A stretch of 64,000 nucleotides of DNA from Bacteroidota bacterium (GCA_035390885.1 DAOOUW010000005.1:1913-65912), one strand, 5' to 3'. Positions 1 through 9,872 are shown, counted from the first letter of the stretch. Numbers and translations: made by a program. The notes: generated from the sequence alone by a model not told the origin.

Positions 1-1039
1 GAGTTTTATATTTATTGAAAATCGAAAAGATCATTTCAAGGAATCCATAAGCCATCAGCATTCGGCTTGATATAATGTTGATGACGATAATTCCTTTTTT
101 CGATGCAATCGATTTTACGGACAAATTACTTGTTGGCGGTTGTGCAATGATACGCGTTCCGGTATTTTCTGGATGCTTTGAGTTGAGAACGATGACAGGT
201 ATATTTTTTTCGATTGCTGGTAGAATGGTGCTTGGATGAAGCACTTTTGCGCCAAAGTAAGCAAGCTCCGATGCTTCATTGAATGAAATTGTATCGAGCT
301 TTTGTGCATTAGGAACAATGCGAGGATCGGCAGTAAGCACTCCATCGACATCCGTCCAAATCTGAATTTCTTTTGCACCGAGGGAGGCGCCAATAATCGA
401 TGCGGTGTAATCTGAACCGCCGCGGCCGAGTGTTGTTGTAATTCCCTTCGATGTTGTACCAATAAATCCTTGCGTCAATGGAATTTTTCCTGATTGAAGG
501 AGAGGTGGAAAAATTTCTATAACTTTTTCATGTACAATATCGAATAAAGGCATTGCAGCGGTAAAGTTGTCGTTTGTAATCATAAAGGTGCGCGCATCGA
601 CAAGCTCGACCGGAAGTCCGCGTTGTTCCATCGCTTCTGCGAGGATGAGCGTCGAGAGTCGTTCGCCAATCGATGCAATAGCGTCGAGTGAACGATTCGT
701 AAGTTCACCAAGGAGCGCAATTCCATGGCAAATATTCTTGAGCTCCTCGAACCTGCGTTTGAAACTGAGAATGAGCTGTTGGATCGTAGGTCGGTCGTCA
801 ATGAGATTTTCCGCTATGGCGATGTGTCGCTCGAGGAGTTGATTGAGCCGAGCGTGCGCTTCGTCGAGCTGTCCTTCTAAAGACATTGAGGCAGCTTTCA
901 GGAATGTTGTTGTGGCGCCTGAAATTGCTGAAAGCACAACGATTGGTTGTTGTGGCTGTGCCTTTTGAATAATGGATATAACATTATTCATTGCTTTTGC
1001 ATCTTCGACAGACGTGCCGCCAAATTTCATCACAATCAT
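1..1039 (-). CDS. Aspartate kinase, partial (3' end lies beyond the window edge)
   Basis: Absent from the ORF track because it runs off the edge. My minus-strand translation from ATG 1039 reads MIVMKFGGTSVEDAKAMNNV...TTTLGRGGSDYTASIIGASLGAKEIQIWTDVDGVLTADPRIVPNAQKLDTISFNEASELAYFGAKVLHPSTI, which are classic aspartokinase motifs. The start lies 2 nt after the upstream gene's stop (1041-1043). Confidence 0.9.
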   Translation of the reverse strand, partial: MIVMKFGGTSVEDAKAMNNVISIIQKAQPQQPIVVLSAISGATTTFLKAASMSLEGQLDEAHARLNQLLERHIAIAENLIDDRPTIQQLILSFKRRFEELKNICHGIALLGELTNRSLDAIASIGERLSTLILAEAMEQRGLPVELVDARTFMITNDNFTAAMPLFDIVHEKVIEIFPPLLQSGKIPLTQGFIGTTSKGITTTLGRGGSDYTASIIGASLGAKEIQIWTDVDGVLTADPRIVPNAQKLDTISFNEASELAYFGAKVLHPSTILPAIEKNIPVIVLNSKHPENTGTRIIAQPPTSNLSVKSIASKKGIIVINIISSRMLMAYGFLEMIFSIFNKYKT

Positions 1040-1040
1040 A

Positions 1041-1991
1041 TTATTCTACTTTCATATCGTGTTTAAGTGTACGAATCTTGTCGCGTAACGAATCGAATTT
1101 TTCTGCCGTTCCAATGGTTGTATTAAGAGAAGCGACGGCGTTTGCAAATTCCGCTGCGACGAAAGAATCTTTGGTTTTTAAATATGCAAAAAGATAAGCA
1201 GCTCCAAAAACATCGCCGCAACCGGTCGGATCAACGAAAGAACCATTCGTTGGTATGCCGGGAATATCTCGTCGGGATAATTTTTTGTGAATATCCTGTA
1301 CAATGACGCTGACGCCTCTTTCTCCTCGAGTAATGAGCAATGTATTGACCATCAACGGCATAAGTTGATTCGTGAAAGTAACTTCGTCAAATCGTTCGGA
1401 AGTGATTCCTGCAGCTTCTTCTTCGCTCATTTGGATAGAATGGAGCATAAAGCACCATCTCCGCCAATCGGTGAGCGGGCGTCGAAATCGGTTGTGGTTC
1501 TGGTCGATTCCTAAAGTCAAAGCATGAAAATCGAAGTGAATAGGAATTCGGTCGTCGCGTGTTTCAATCCGAATAGCATCGAGCGTTTCTAAAGTTATAT
1601 CGAATCCAGAAACCATGTTAATGAGAATGCCATCGCACGAAAGGAACGATTTGATGCGCTGAAATGGAATAGAAGCGGCAATATCTCGTGAACATTCAGT
1701 ACGTGTTTGTTTGTCTGATTGGTATATCAAGTGAACTGTATTTGTGAGACCTTTGAATTTAAAAATTCCACTTGTGTCAACATTCTTATATTGTTTCAAG
1801 TTGGATATCAGCTTTTCGTAATCGCCATTTCCAACGCCGAACACTGGTTGAAGAGTATCTCGTTCGCTCATTAAATTTGCCAGCGCAGCAATGGTATAGT
1901 AAATTCCGCCAAATCGTTCCTCTGTATTCTCTGACTTTCCATCAGAGTGAATAACATCTTTACAAATGTGCCCAATCACGGTTATTGTCAT
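1041..1991 (-). CDS. PfkB-family (ribokinase-like) carbohydrate/nucleoside kinase
   Basis: ORF 1041..2069 carries the C-terminal PfkB signature DPTGCGDVFGAAYLFAYL. I prefer ATG 1991 (MTITVIGHICKDV) because the longer ORF overlaps the upstream gene, whose stop is at 1994-1996. Confidence 0.8.
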   Translation of the reverse strand: MTITVIGHICKDVIHSDGKSENTEERFGGIYYTIAALANLMSERDTLQPVFGVGNGDYEKLISNLKQYKNVDTSGIFKFKGLTNTVHLIYQSDKQTRTECSRDIAASIPFQRIKSFLSCDGILINMVSGFDITLETLDAIRIETRDDRIPIHFDFHALTLGIDQNHNRFRRPLTDWRRWCFMLHSIQMSEEEAAGITSERFDEVTFTNQLMPLMVNTLLITRGERGVSVIVQDIHKKLSRRDIPGIPTNGSFVDPTGCGDVFGAAYLFAYLKTKDSFVAAEFANAVASLNTTIGTAEKFDSLRDKIRTLKHDMKVE

Positions 1992-1993
1992 AG

Positions 1994-2758
1994 TTACAAC
2001 CTTCGTGTGGGTCCTAAATCCACTAATTGTTGTTCGTTGAGTCTCCACAGAGTTTGACAGGGGAAACAATTCTCATAGAGCGGCTTTCCTAAAATAACAG
2101 AATCAACGCCAATTTTCTCTAAGCTTTGAAGTCGTACCAAATCTTTGTAGTTCCAAACGCCGCCGCGTGCGGTTACACGAACTCCGGTTTTCAATGCGAT
2201 TTCTTTTAACATCTCGTATGGCAGGGAAAGTCCAATTTCGCCTTTTTCCCGTTCACCATAAACAATGCGTGAAATTCCTATTTCTGCCATCTGAAGAGCC
2301 AGCTCTAACGGTGAAATTTGTGTGGTTGTTGTGCCGCCTTTAATAACTACTTTTCCCGCTTCCGAGACGATGCCAACTGCAATTTTTCGTGATCCGAATT
2401 CTTTGAGAAACTCTTCGATTATTTCTGGTTTTTCGACAGCTGCTGTGTTGAGAATAATACGGTACACTCCTAAGTTAAGCACTCGCTGAATTTCTTCGTA
2501 TGTGCGCAATCCTCCAGAAACTTGAATCGGAATATCGACTGCCTCGACCAATTGACGAATGATGTCGTCGTTTACAATTCTTCCTTCAGCTGCTCCATCA
2601 CGATCGATAACGTGAATTGTCTTTGCGTTCTCACCTCGCCAGAGTAATGCCATATGAACCGGATCAACAGAGTATCGATGTTCTGAACCCGGCGCGCCAT
2701 GGACAATTTCGATACATCGACTTTTACTAATTTCTATCAGCGGGTAAATTAAAATCAT
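1994..2758 (-). CDS. HisA/HisF-family (beta/alpha)8-barrel protein (ProFAR isomerase-like)
   Basis: 254 aa. IHVIDRDGAAEG, IPIQVSGGLRTYEEI, RIILNTAAVEKPEII, VTARGGVWNYKDL and VILGKPLYE match the HisA layout as I remember it. There is an extra Cys-containing C-terminal tail. Confidence 0.7.
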   Translation of the reverse strand: MILIYPLIEISKSRCIEIVHGAPGSEHRYSVDPVHMALLWRGENAKTIHVIDRDGAAEGRIVNDDIIRQLVEAVDIPIQVSGGLRTYEEIQRVLNLGVYRIILNTAAVEKPEIIEEFLKEFGSRKIAVGIVSEAGKVVIKGGTTTTQISPLELALQMAEIGISRIVYGEREKGEIGLSLPYEMLKEIALKTGVRVTARGGVWNYKDLVRLQSLEKIGVDSVILGKPLYENCFPCQTLWRLNEQQLVDLGPTRRL

Positions 2759-2784
2759 ATTTTCTACAGTTTGTATTCAAACAC

Positions 2785-2812
2785 AAAAAGCTCAACCAAC
2801 GAAGTGGTGAGC
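2785..2812 (-). terminator. Rho-independent terminator-like hairpin downstream of the GH2 gene and upstream of the HisA-like gene
   Basis: On the minus strand, GCTCACC-acttcgtt-GGTTGAGC is followed by TTTTT (plus-strand A-run 2785-2789). Confidence 0.5.
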
Positions 2813-2911
2813 TACTTGTGTATTCGTAAAATGCGTATTTTTTAAGAGAGATTCAAGGAAGGGTGGAAGAAGCGGCAGGAGCATCTCTCCCATCGCTTCT
2901 TCGTCATCAAT

Positions 2912-5900
2912 TTATTTGTGGTTTGTATATTGAAGCATATTCAATAAGAGTCTTTGGCCAACGACATTTGCCGCATCTCTACTTTTTTCAGTTAAATCTT
3001 TAAATGCAGCTGTTTGTCCTTCTTCATCAACCGAGTGGAATGAAAGAGGTTTTGTTTTTATTGTTGCAGGAATGTCAAGTGCGCAGAGAATGATTGTGCC
3101 TCTTCCGTGTGGAATAATGCTTAGCGCAGAATACACTTCTCTCTTATGGTCAGAAACGCAACCTACGATTGTTTCACCGTTAAAAAGGCGCAAGCCGATT
3201 CTGTTTCGATCGTAGGCGGCAAAACATTGGTATTCCCAATTAAATGCGGTTGCCTGCGGAAGTCCATTGAAAAGCGGATGATAACGTACGAAATAGTTTC
3301 CTCCGTACCACGATTTCCCTAATTGTCGTGAACCACGATAATCCAATACTTCTTTTTGAGCAAGATAATCAGCCCATTGTTCAACAGCGTTAACAACGAT
3401 CAGAGTATTTCCGTTGTTGACCCATTCTAAAATATCTGTAACAAGCGCTTTGTCTGGAGGCGGCTGGAATGCTCCCACAAGAAGCCAGCTTCCTTCTGGA
3501 GTTCCATTGCGAAAATCCTGAAAGTTTTTTATGCCGACTGTTTTAAGGAATGATTGCAAAGCTTGTGTCGTATCCGCCACCATTCCATCCGCAACAGAAA
3601 TGGATGGAAGAGTTGTTGCAAATACCTGGTCTGAACCTTCCGTAATGATTTTTCCATTTAATTTTAACTCTGCTTGTACGGTCGTATATCCATCATTACG
3701 AATTGGAATGAGGAGATCGCTCTTCAAAAGTTCCCCATACGTTACTCCGCCAGTTACCAATACAGATGATGATGGAAAATGACGAATTCCTGACGAGTCG
3801 GTAACTGTAATATCGAGCGTGTAAGCGCCATAGAGATCGACTTCATTAACGATAAAAAAGTCTGCTACAATTGTATCGCCAACAGAAGTAACTTTTCGAG
3901 GAATTTTTACAGCAATGTACAGAGGCTGCAAGTATTTTGAGATAAGTTCCGGATTGGCTGCTTTGATGTTGCGATAGTCATCGACAATGCCGGAATGATT
4001 TTCCAGGATCATACTTTCCCAACCGTTGATAGCGTAACCATCGGCAACATTATTGATCCGAATATTTTCAATAGCTCTTCCCTGATAGTAATATGAAACA
4101 TTTCCCATCGAAGTAGTTAACGCATCGACATCTTTGAAAGCAGAAGTGAAATTATTGTTGTGTAGAAAATCATTGTAGGCTTTGTACCACTCAAGATAAG
4201 TAGAGGTTTCCCATCCACGCTTTGTACCTGTTTTTTGAATTTCATTATAGATCAATTGTAAACGTGGCGGTGTGCCAATAGCGCCTTCTTCTCCCCAATA
4301 AATGATTTCATCCTTTTTATCTGTGTATCGGATGTAATTGGTTGGATTAGTGTAGACGCCGTTATGATAAACTCCGGGTCCACCAGCATGGTGCTGATCG
4401 AACCAGCCATAATCATAGAATGATGAATCATAGGGAAGCATATGGAGCTTAAATTGAGGATCCGGTCCCATTTTAATGTTGCCATTGCAGGAATTGTAAG
4501 TCAGAATTCGAGTCTCATCGAGGCGATGGGCGTCAGCCATATCAATACTATCCTGGAAACTCGGCAGTGAACCACGTTCGTTGTGCATATTATAAATAAT
4601 AAGGGATGGATGATTGCGATCGCGGCGAATCATACGGAACAATTTTTCACGACGGCACGGAATATAGAAATCGTGTTGCTTTTGCTGGAGCGGAGTTCGG
4701 GGAGTAAAAAGTTCGAACGGAAATTGATAGCCGCCAGGTTCTTCGAAGTAAAGCAGTCCGAGTTCATCAGCATAATCCAGCACATTTTGTGAACCGATTG
4801 TGCGGTGGAAGTTCAACATTGTTAAGCCGAGATTTTTTGCTGTAAGTACTTGCTTCTTTGCAAGCTCATCGGATGGCATAATACCGTTGAGTGGCCAGAA
4901 TCCCCATGAAATTGCTGTAAAGAGAACGGTACGTTTACCGTTAAGGTAAAATTGTTTGTCGCCGTTTACAGTGCGCACTTCGAACCATCGAAAACCAAAT
5001 CGTTGGTCATATCTATCTTTTGAATGCAGACTGTTCCATTCGGCGCGAAGCACGTAAAGATTTGGTGAATGGATATCCCAGAGCTTTGCATTTTCGACTT
5101 TCATAGTCTGATGTACTAAAGAATTTTCATTGGGTTGTAATTGCACTTTCCGCAATTCTTGGTAAACGACCTTTGACGGATTTTTCCATTCAACAACCGA
5201 AAGAGTAAGAGTTCCGCTTTCCTCCTGAGAAGATAAATTTGATAAAGAGACTTCAACATCAATTTCATTCGGGGTAGGTTTGTTCTTAATGAAGATGTCT
5301 TCGATATACGTTGGGTCAGTCGCAACAAGTTTCACCTTTCCTGTAATTCCACCGAAGCCGTGGCTTGGAATTGTTCTGTAATCTCCCCACATAAAATTCT
5401 TGGAATCGCGCCAATCGAAATTTCCATTAGGATCAGTAATGCGCACGGCAATGTCATTCAGTTGACCCAAATTTACTGCTTTTGAAATATCTACATCGAA
5501 TGGCGTGCTGTTGACAATATCATAGCCGACCAATTTTTTGTTGACGAAAACTTCTGCTCGGAATCGCACACTTTCAAAATGGAGTGTTATGCGTTTGCCT
5601 TTTAGGTTATTTGGAATCAAAACTTTTGTTGTAAACCACGAAACTCCGAGGTAATTTCCCGTTACGCCGAAAGAGCTTCCACGTTTTCCCCAAAAATATT
5701 CTTCGACTGTTGCGGGAAGTTGTGTGGTAACTGCCAGAGTTTCATTTTCCAATAACCGCCATCCTGCGCTTGGAATATTGACCGGTATCGAGGCGATGTT
5801 AATAGGAGGGAGATAAAGCGAATCATCCTGCCACTGTGCGTTTTCATCGATAAAGATTTTCCACTTTTGATTCGATAAATCTTGCTCGAATCTGTTGATA

Positions 5901-5983
5901 ACTTGAGCGTTGGCATTCGACGATAGGAGCAACAGCGTTAGAAGCAGGGAATAACGAAATGATGCAAAAATTTTTTGTACCAT
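2912..5983 (-). CDS. Secreted glycoside hydrolase family 2-like enzyme (beta-galactosidase/mannosidase type)
   Basis: 1023 aa with a signal peptide (LLLTLLLLSSNANAQ). It has a GH2 sugar-binding-like N-terminus (GVSWFTTKVLIP..KRITLHFESVRFRAEVFVNKKLVGY) and a TIM-barrel segment (LNFHRTIGSQNVLDYADELGLLYFEEPGG, NHPSLIIYNMHNE). Confidence 0.7.
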   Translation of the reverse strand: MVQKIFASFRYSLLLTLLLLSSNANAQVINRFEQDLSNQKWKIFIDENAQWQDDSLYLPPINIASIPVNIPSAGWRLLENETLAVTTQLPATVEEYFWGKRGSSFGVTGNYLGVSWFTTKVLIPNNLKGKRITLHFESVRFRAEVFVNKKLVGYDIVNSTPFDVDISKAVNLGQLNDIAVRITDPNGNFDWRDSKNFMWGDYRTIPSHGFGGITGKVKLVATDPTYIEDIFIKNKPTPNEIDVEVSLSNLSSQEESGTLTLSVVEWKNPSKVVYQELRKVQLQPNENSLVHQTMKVENAKLWDIHSPNLYVLRAEWNSLHSKDRYDQRFGFRWFEVRTVNGDKQFYLNGKRTVLFTAISWGFWPLNGIMPSDELAKKQVLTAKNLGLTMLNFHRTIGSQNVLDYADELGLLYFEEPGGYQFPFELFTPRTPLQQKQHDFYIPCRREKLFRMIRRDRNHPSLIIYNMHNERGSLPSFQDSIDMADAHRLDETRILTYNSCNGNIKMGPDPQFKLHMLPYDSSFYDYGWFDQHHAGGPGVYHNGVYTNPTNYIRYTDKKDEIIYWGEEGAIGTPPRLQLIYNEIQKTGTKRGWETSTYLEWYKAYNDFLHNNNFTSAFKDVDALTTSMGNVSYYYQGRAIENIRINNVADGYAINGWESMILENHSGIVDDYRNIKAANPELISKYLQPLYIAVKIPRKVTSVGDTIVADFFIVNEVDLYGAYTLDITVTDSSGIRHFPSSSVLVTGGVTYGELLKSDLLIPIRNDGYTTVQAELKLNGKIITEGSDQVFATTLPSISVADGMVADTTQALQSFLKTVGIKNFQDFRNGTPEGSWLLVGAFQPPPDKALVTDILEWVNNGNTLIVVNAVEQWADYLAQKEVLDYRGSRQLGKSWYGGNYFVRYHPLFNGLPQATAFNWEYQCFAAYDRNRIGLRLFNGETIVGCVSDHKREVYSALSIIPHGRGTIILCALDIPATIKTKPLSFHSVDEEGQTAAFKDLTEKSRDAANVVGQRLLLNMLQYTNHK

Positions 5984-6149
5984 ATCAATTCTATCCTTTC
6001 AAATAGTTAGATGAATAAATAGCATTCACAAGGAGATGAATGAACGAACTTTTATCGGTTTATTTGTACGCGCTTTCTATGGTGTATTTAACACACTTTT
6101 AATGAAAATCCAAGCGATAGAAGGAATCTTATAATCGAGGAAGAACATC

Positions 6150-7700
6150 TTAGCGGGATAATGTTTGTTCATATTCTTCTTTATAACGACGAATACTTTC
6201 AAAAAGAGCGGATGCAAGTTGTCGCTGTCCTTGCTCGCTGCGAAGAAATTCCTCTTCTGCTCGGTTAGACAGATATCCTAATTCGACAAGAACATTTGGC
6301 ATCGACGCTCCTACGAGGACGAAGAATCCAGCTTGTTTTACGCCGCCATTCTTTATGTGGAGACGATTCGATAGAGTTTCTGACGCAATTGAAGCATAGA
6401 GTTCGCTATGTTTCATATATGCGCTTTGCGCCATTGTGATGATAATAAATTCTTCTTCCGTCAACTCGCGGTATCGTTCCTGATAGTTTTCCTCGAATTT
6501 GATAACAGCATTTTCTTTTGCGGCAATTTCGATTGCCTCTTCTGTTTTTCCTGGTCGAAGAAGGTAAATTTCAAATCCATTTTGAGACGATGGTCTCCGT
6601 TCCATAGAATTGCAGTGAAGACTGATGAAAAGTTTACCGCCTGCCTCATTTGCGATTTGTGTGCGTCGATACAGTTCAACGAAAGTATCGGTCTTTCTGG
6701 TATAGACTACTTTTACATCCGGCATATTTCGTTTGATGAGTTCACCGAGTTTCAAGGCGACGGCAAGGGTGATATCTTTTTCATAGGTTCCACGAATTCC
6801 GATTGCGCCTGGATCTTTGCCGCCGTGTCCAGGATCGATTACAATGACATCGAGCTTCCATCGTTCTCGTTCCTTCGATAGATCCTTTTGAGGTTTGGGT
6901 TGAGGAATGGCTGCTGGAGACTTAGTCCGTAATGAGATTAGAAGATTTGTACTCGTTGGATCGTTCAATACCTCAGCCTGTTCGACATCGGGAGAAAGTT
7001 TGAATGTCAACTGCACTGAGGAAGGAGATTGAAAGGTTAGAATTTTTTTGACCGGAGCTTTCAAAGGAGTTTGTAAAATTTTTTGGGTGTCCGCTGTGGC
7101 ATTAGTAATTGTAATAAAGAGCCATCCGTCTGGCTTGAGCCAGGATTCTACTTCCTTGATTCGTCGAGATGCAGTAAGGGTTAGAAGATATCCATTTGCT
7201 TTTTGCTCGACAGTGTATCCAGTAATATCAAAAGGAGATTCCGTTACAGCTAATTCTAAACTTCTTTTCTCCTTGCTGTAGAATAATTGTATTTGAACGG
7301 TTTGTTGGAGAAATGTCAGTACCTGAGGCATGGGAGCGTAGAATACGTCATCAATGCGGATGGCATTTTGAGGCATTTGGTAAACTGTTATGCTATTGGT
7401 TTTTCTTTCGGTTAGAACGGCAAAAGCATTATTTTCGGCGAAACGTACTAAGAAATCCCCGGCAAGGAATTCGATTTTCTTTGTGGTATCGTTGATGACA
7501 TAGGGAAGAGACAGCCGTTTTAAGAGTGGAGGTAATGGAATATATGTAACATTTGAATATTCAAAACATTGAAGAATTGTGGTATCGGCTTGGGATAACG
7601 CCATGCGAACTGAAGTTGATGTATACTGCGGTTGAGCATGGACAAATTGAAGTGTAAATAGAAAAATGATAGTAAGAAAACGTAAAGCTCTATTAAACAT
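6150..7700 (-). CDS. N-acetylmuramoyl-L-alanine amidase (Amidase_3, AmiC-like)
   Basis: 516 aa with a signal peptide. Motifs: VIVIDPGHGGKDPGAIG, EKDITLAVALKLGELIK, LFISLHCNS, GVKQAGFFVL. Confidence 0.85.
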   Translation of the reverse strand: MFNRALRFLTIIFLFTLQFVHAQPQYTSTSVRMALSQADTTILQCFEYSNVTYIPLPPLLKRLSLPYVINDTTKKIEFLAGDFLVRFAENNAFAVLTERKTNSITVYQMPQNAIRIDDVFYAPMPQVLTFLQQTVQIQLFYSKEKRSLELAVTESPFDITGYTVEQKANGYLLTLTASRRIKEVESWLKPDGWLFITITNATADTQKILQTPLKAPVKKILTFQSPSSVQLTFKLSPDVEQAEVLNDPTSTNLLISLRTKSPAAIPQPKPQKDLSKERERWKLDVIVIDPGHGGKDPGAIGIRGTYEKDITLAVALKLGELIKRNMPDVKVVYTRKTDTFVELYRRTQIANEAGGKLFISLHCNSMERRPSSQNGFEIYLLRPGKTEEAIEIAAKENAVIKFEENYQERYRELTEEEFIIITMAQSAYMKHSELYASIASETLSNRLHIKNGGVKQAGFFVLVGASMPNVLVELGYLSNRAEEEFLRSEQGQRQLASALFESIRRYKEEYEQTLSR

Positions 7701-7783
7701 AGATAGGATACTAAACTAATCTCCAATTTTCCCCCTCCACAAGCGCCTGATTTTAGACTCAAGAATCAAGACGCGGGGAAAAG

Positions 7784-8170
7784 TCAGTGAATGATTTCAA
7801 TAATATTGTCGGTTTCGTTGACTCGGACTCGAACGCGGATAGAATCATCTCCAGCATACACTTTGCCGACTCCGACAATGATACATTCACCATCGCCTGC
7901 GCTTTCGATATAATATCGGGCGTTCTCGTTTTCCGAGAAATTTGAAAGCTGAGAGAGAGTCAAGCCCGTAAACGATTTGCCGCCCCCTGCCATGCTTGCA
8001 GGTTTCCAAAAGTATGCTCGTGCTTGATTTGCAAAGAACAGTAAATCGTCGACAATTGCAGACCGACAGGATTCTTCTGCATTAGCGCTGAATAAAGAGA
8101 CCCCAAGGGCGATTGCAATTCCGACGATCAATAGTCCGAGAATTACAAACATCATTTGTTGCTGTCCCAT
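7784..8170 (-). CDS. Hypothetical small protein with a single N-terminal transmembrane helix
   Basis: 128-aa ORF with hydrophobic segment MMFVILGLLIVGIAIALGVSLF. No recognisable motif, and it lacks the G-F-x-x-x-E prepilin signature. Confidence 0.45.
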   Translation of the reverse strand: MGQQQMMFVILGLLIVGIAIALGVSLFSANAEESCRSAIVDDLLFFANQARAYFWKPASMAGGGKSFTGLTLSQLSNFSENENARYYIESAGDGECIIVGVGKVYAGDDSIRVRVRVNETDNIIEIIH

Positions 8171-8331
8171 AGTTTTTGTCTCTTCCTTCCCTCTTCCTCG
8201 AGTCTTCGTCGTATTTCACATTGAACTATTTTGAAATACAAACCTATTGTCAAGGAAGAATCACTAATCCTACTTCGTAGGTTAAAATACAGCTTCCGAA
8301 ATAAATAGCAATGTTTCCTTGACAACTAAAA

Positions 8332-8967
8332 TTACTTAAGTATTCGACCAGTTTCAATATACCACATAAGTAAATCTAATTCATCGAGTGGAATTGATAT
8401 TTCTTCCGAAAAGTTTTGAAATTGAAATTCTATTTCTCTATAACGTTTATAAGAAAGCGTAGTTGGAAGATCGGTAATTACACGTAAGTGGAATAGCATT
8501 CTGAGGATATGTCTATCGAGAATTGCTAATCCGTCGTTACGTCCAATATTTCTAAGAAAGTGCGTCGCTTCTTTCATCCCTAAACCTTTGAATGTATGAA
8601 TGAGTTCAGCTCGAGCGTTCGATGCGTCCTGATTGGTTTCGAGCAGGGCAAGCAATTCTACTTGCTGTTGTTGAGCGGAAAGCAAATAGAGCGATTTTCT
8701 CTTGTGAAATCGGATATAATGCTCAGGGTTGCGTAGAATTGGCTCAGGATCGATAGGGAAGCGAGCGAAGTCGAGTTCTTTGAGTTTTCCCACTACGATT
8801 TCAGCGTGTGCTGCCTGTGATTGAGGAGTCAAGAGGCAATACAATAATTCATAAAAATAATCGGAAGGCGGTACTGATTGAAATTCATCTAATCGCTGTT
8901 GAATTTGGGGCTTTAGTTCCTTATAGAGTTGCAGGAGAGCTTCTTGTGTCAGCTTTATATCTTTCAT
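8332..8967 (-). CDS. 8-oxoguanine DNA glycosylase/AP lyase, Ogg2 (archaeal-type) HhH-GPD family
   Basis: 211 aa. YELLYCLLTPQS and GLGMKEATHFLRNIG...AILDRHILR fit the helix-hairpin-helix plus catalytic K/D layout of Ogg2-type enzymes. A 4-nt ATGA overlap links it to the upstream mutY-like gene. Confidence 0.65.
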   Translation of the reverse strand: MKDIKLTQEALLQLYKELKPQIQQRLDEFQSVPPSDYFYELLYCLLTPQSQAAHAEIVVGKLKELDFARFPIDPEPILRNPEHYIRFHKRKSLYLLSAQQQQVELLALLETNQDASNARAELIHTFKGLGMKEATHFLRNIGRNDGLAILDRHILRMLFHLRVITDLPTTLSYKRYREIEFQFQNFSEEISIPLDELDLLMWYIETGRILK

Positions 8968-9872
8968 TTTGGTAAACTAATGGATGTGTGCGATGCTCTT
9001 TGCTGGATTTGTAATAATCCATCTTTTTCCATTTGTCTAAGCAACCTCATCAGCCATGATAAGTGAGAACTGTTAAGAGAAAGAAGCTGAAGAAGTTTGC
9101 GGGGAGTTAACGAATCATGCTGGATAAGAAGTTTGACAATCTTGCCTCTGTAAATTCTGTGCGGAATCCCTAAAAATAATGGTTCACTTTTTCTGATTTT
9201 CTTTTTTGTGGGAGAAATGACGTGCCGTGGACACCAGTTTGACCATGGACAAAGATCGCATTTGGGGAATGCCGATGTGCAAATCAGCGAACCGAGTTCC
9301 ATCAGCGCCTGATTCCATGAATCACTTTGTTTTTTGGGTAGAAGCGCATAGGCTATTTCCCAAACATCATGTTTTGATTTTAATGTAGGAAACGCCCGTC
9401 CAAAGATTCGTTGAATATTCGTATCAACGATTGGAACACGTTCCTTAAATGCAAAACTTGCTACTGCAGAAGCTGTGTATCTGCCAATGCCGGGAAGTTG
9501 TTCTAATTCTTTTGCGGTTGTGGGAAGTTCTCCGCCGTATTGATTCATTACAGTTGTTGCGAGTTGATGTAATCGTAGAGCGCGACTATTATAGCCTAAG
9601 CCGCTCCAGATTTTCAAAACATCAGCTTTTGATGCGGATGCAAGATGACTAATCGAGGGAAAAGCCCCAAGAAATTCCTCATATTTTGGAATTACATGCA
9701 CAACCTGTGTTTGTTGAAGCATTACTTCGGAGATGAGAATATGGTAAGGATTGTTTGTTTTTCGCCATGGTAATTCGCGCTTGTTGTTGCGAAACCATTT
9801 TTGAAGCGCTTGAACAAGCTCCCGATAGTTTGAGGGTACGTCAATAGTATTTTTATTGTTTGGTTTTTTCAA
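8964..9872 (-). CDS. mutY: MutY-like adenine DNA glycosylase (HhH-GPD + 4Fe-4S loop) with a non-canonical C-terminus
   Basis: 302 aa. Motifs: LPWRKTNNPYHILISEVMLQQTQV, LGYNSRALRLH, LPGIGRYTASAVASFAF, VDTNIQRI, and the Cys loop CTSAFPKCDLCPWSNWC. Confidence 0.75.
   Translation of the reverse strand: MKKPNNKNTIDVPSNYRELVQALQKWFRNNKRELPWRKTNNPYHILISEVMLQQTQVVHVIPKYEEFLGAFPSISHLASASKADVLKIWSGLGYNSRALRLHQLATTVMNQYGGELPTTAKELEQLPGIGRYTASAVASFAFKERVPIVDTNIQRIFGRAFPTLKSKHDVWEIAYALLPKKQSDSWNQALMELGSLICTSAFPKCDLCPWSNWCPRHVISPTKKKIRKSEPLFLGIPHRIYRGKIVKLLIQHDSLTPRKLLQLLSLNSSHLSWLMRLLRQMEKDGLLQIQQRASHTSISLPK

Noticed and set aside
115-462. 115-aa minus-strand ORF from the ORF track
   Set aside because: It lies in a different frame inside the aspartokinase gene. 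The aspartokinase frame gives textbook motifs across the same bases, so this is a shadow ORF.
2759-2911. Lysine riboswitch or T-box leader upstream of the HisA-like/PfkB/aspartokinase operon
   Set aside because: The ~150-nt spacer is too short and lacks the conserved lysine-riboswitch or T-box sequence elements I know. Two hairpins are present, of which only the 2785-2812 one (with a U-tract) is annotated as a terminator.
7784-8170. Type IV pilin/pseudopilin assignment for the 128-aa protein
   Set aside because: It has an N-terminal hydrophobic helix but lacks the G/FxxxE prepilin cleavage signature, so it is kept as hypothetical.
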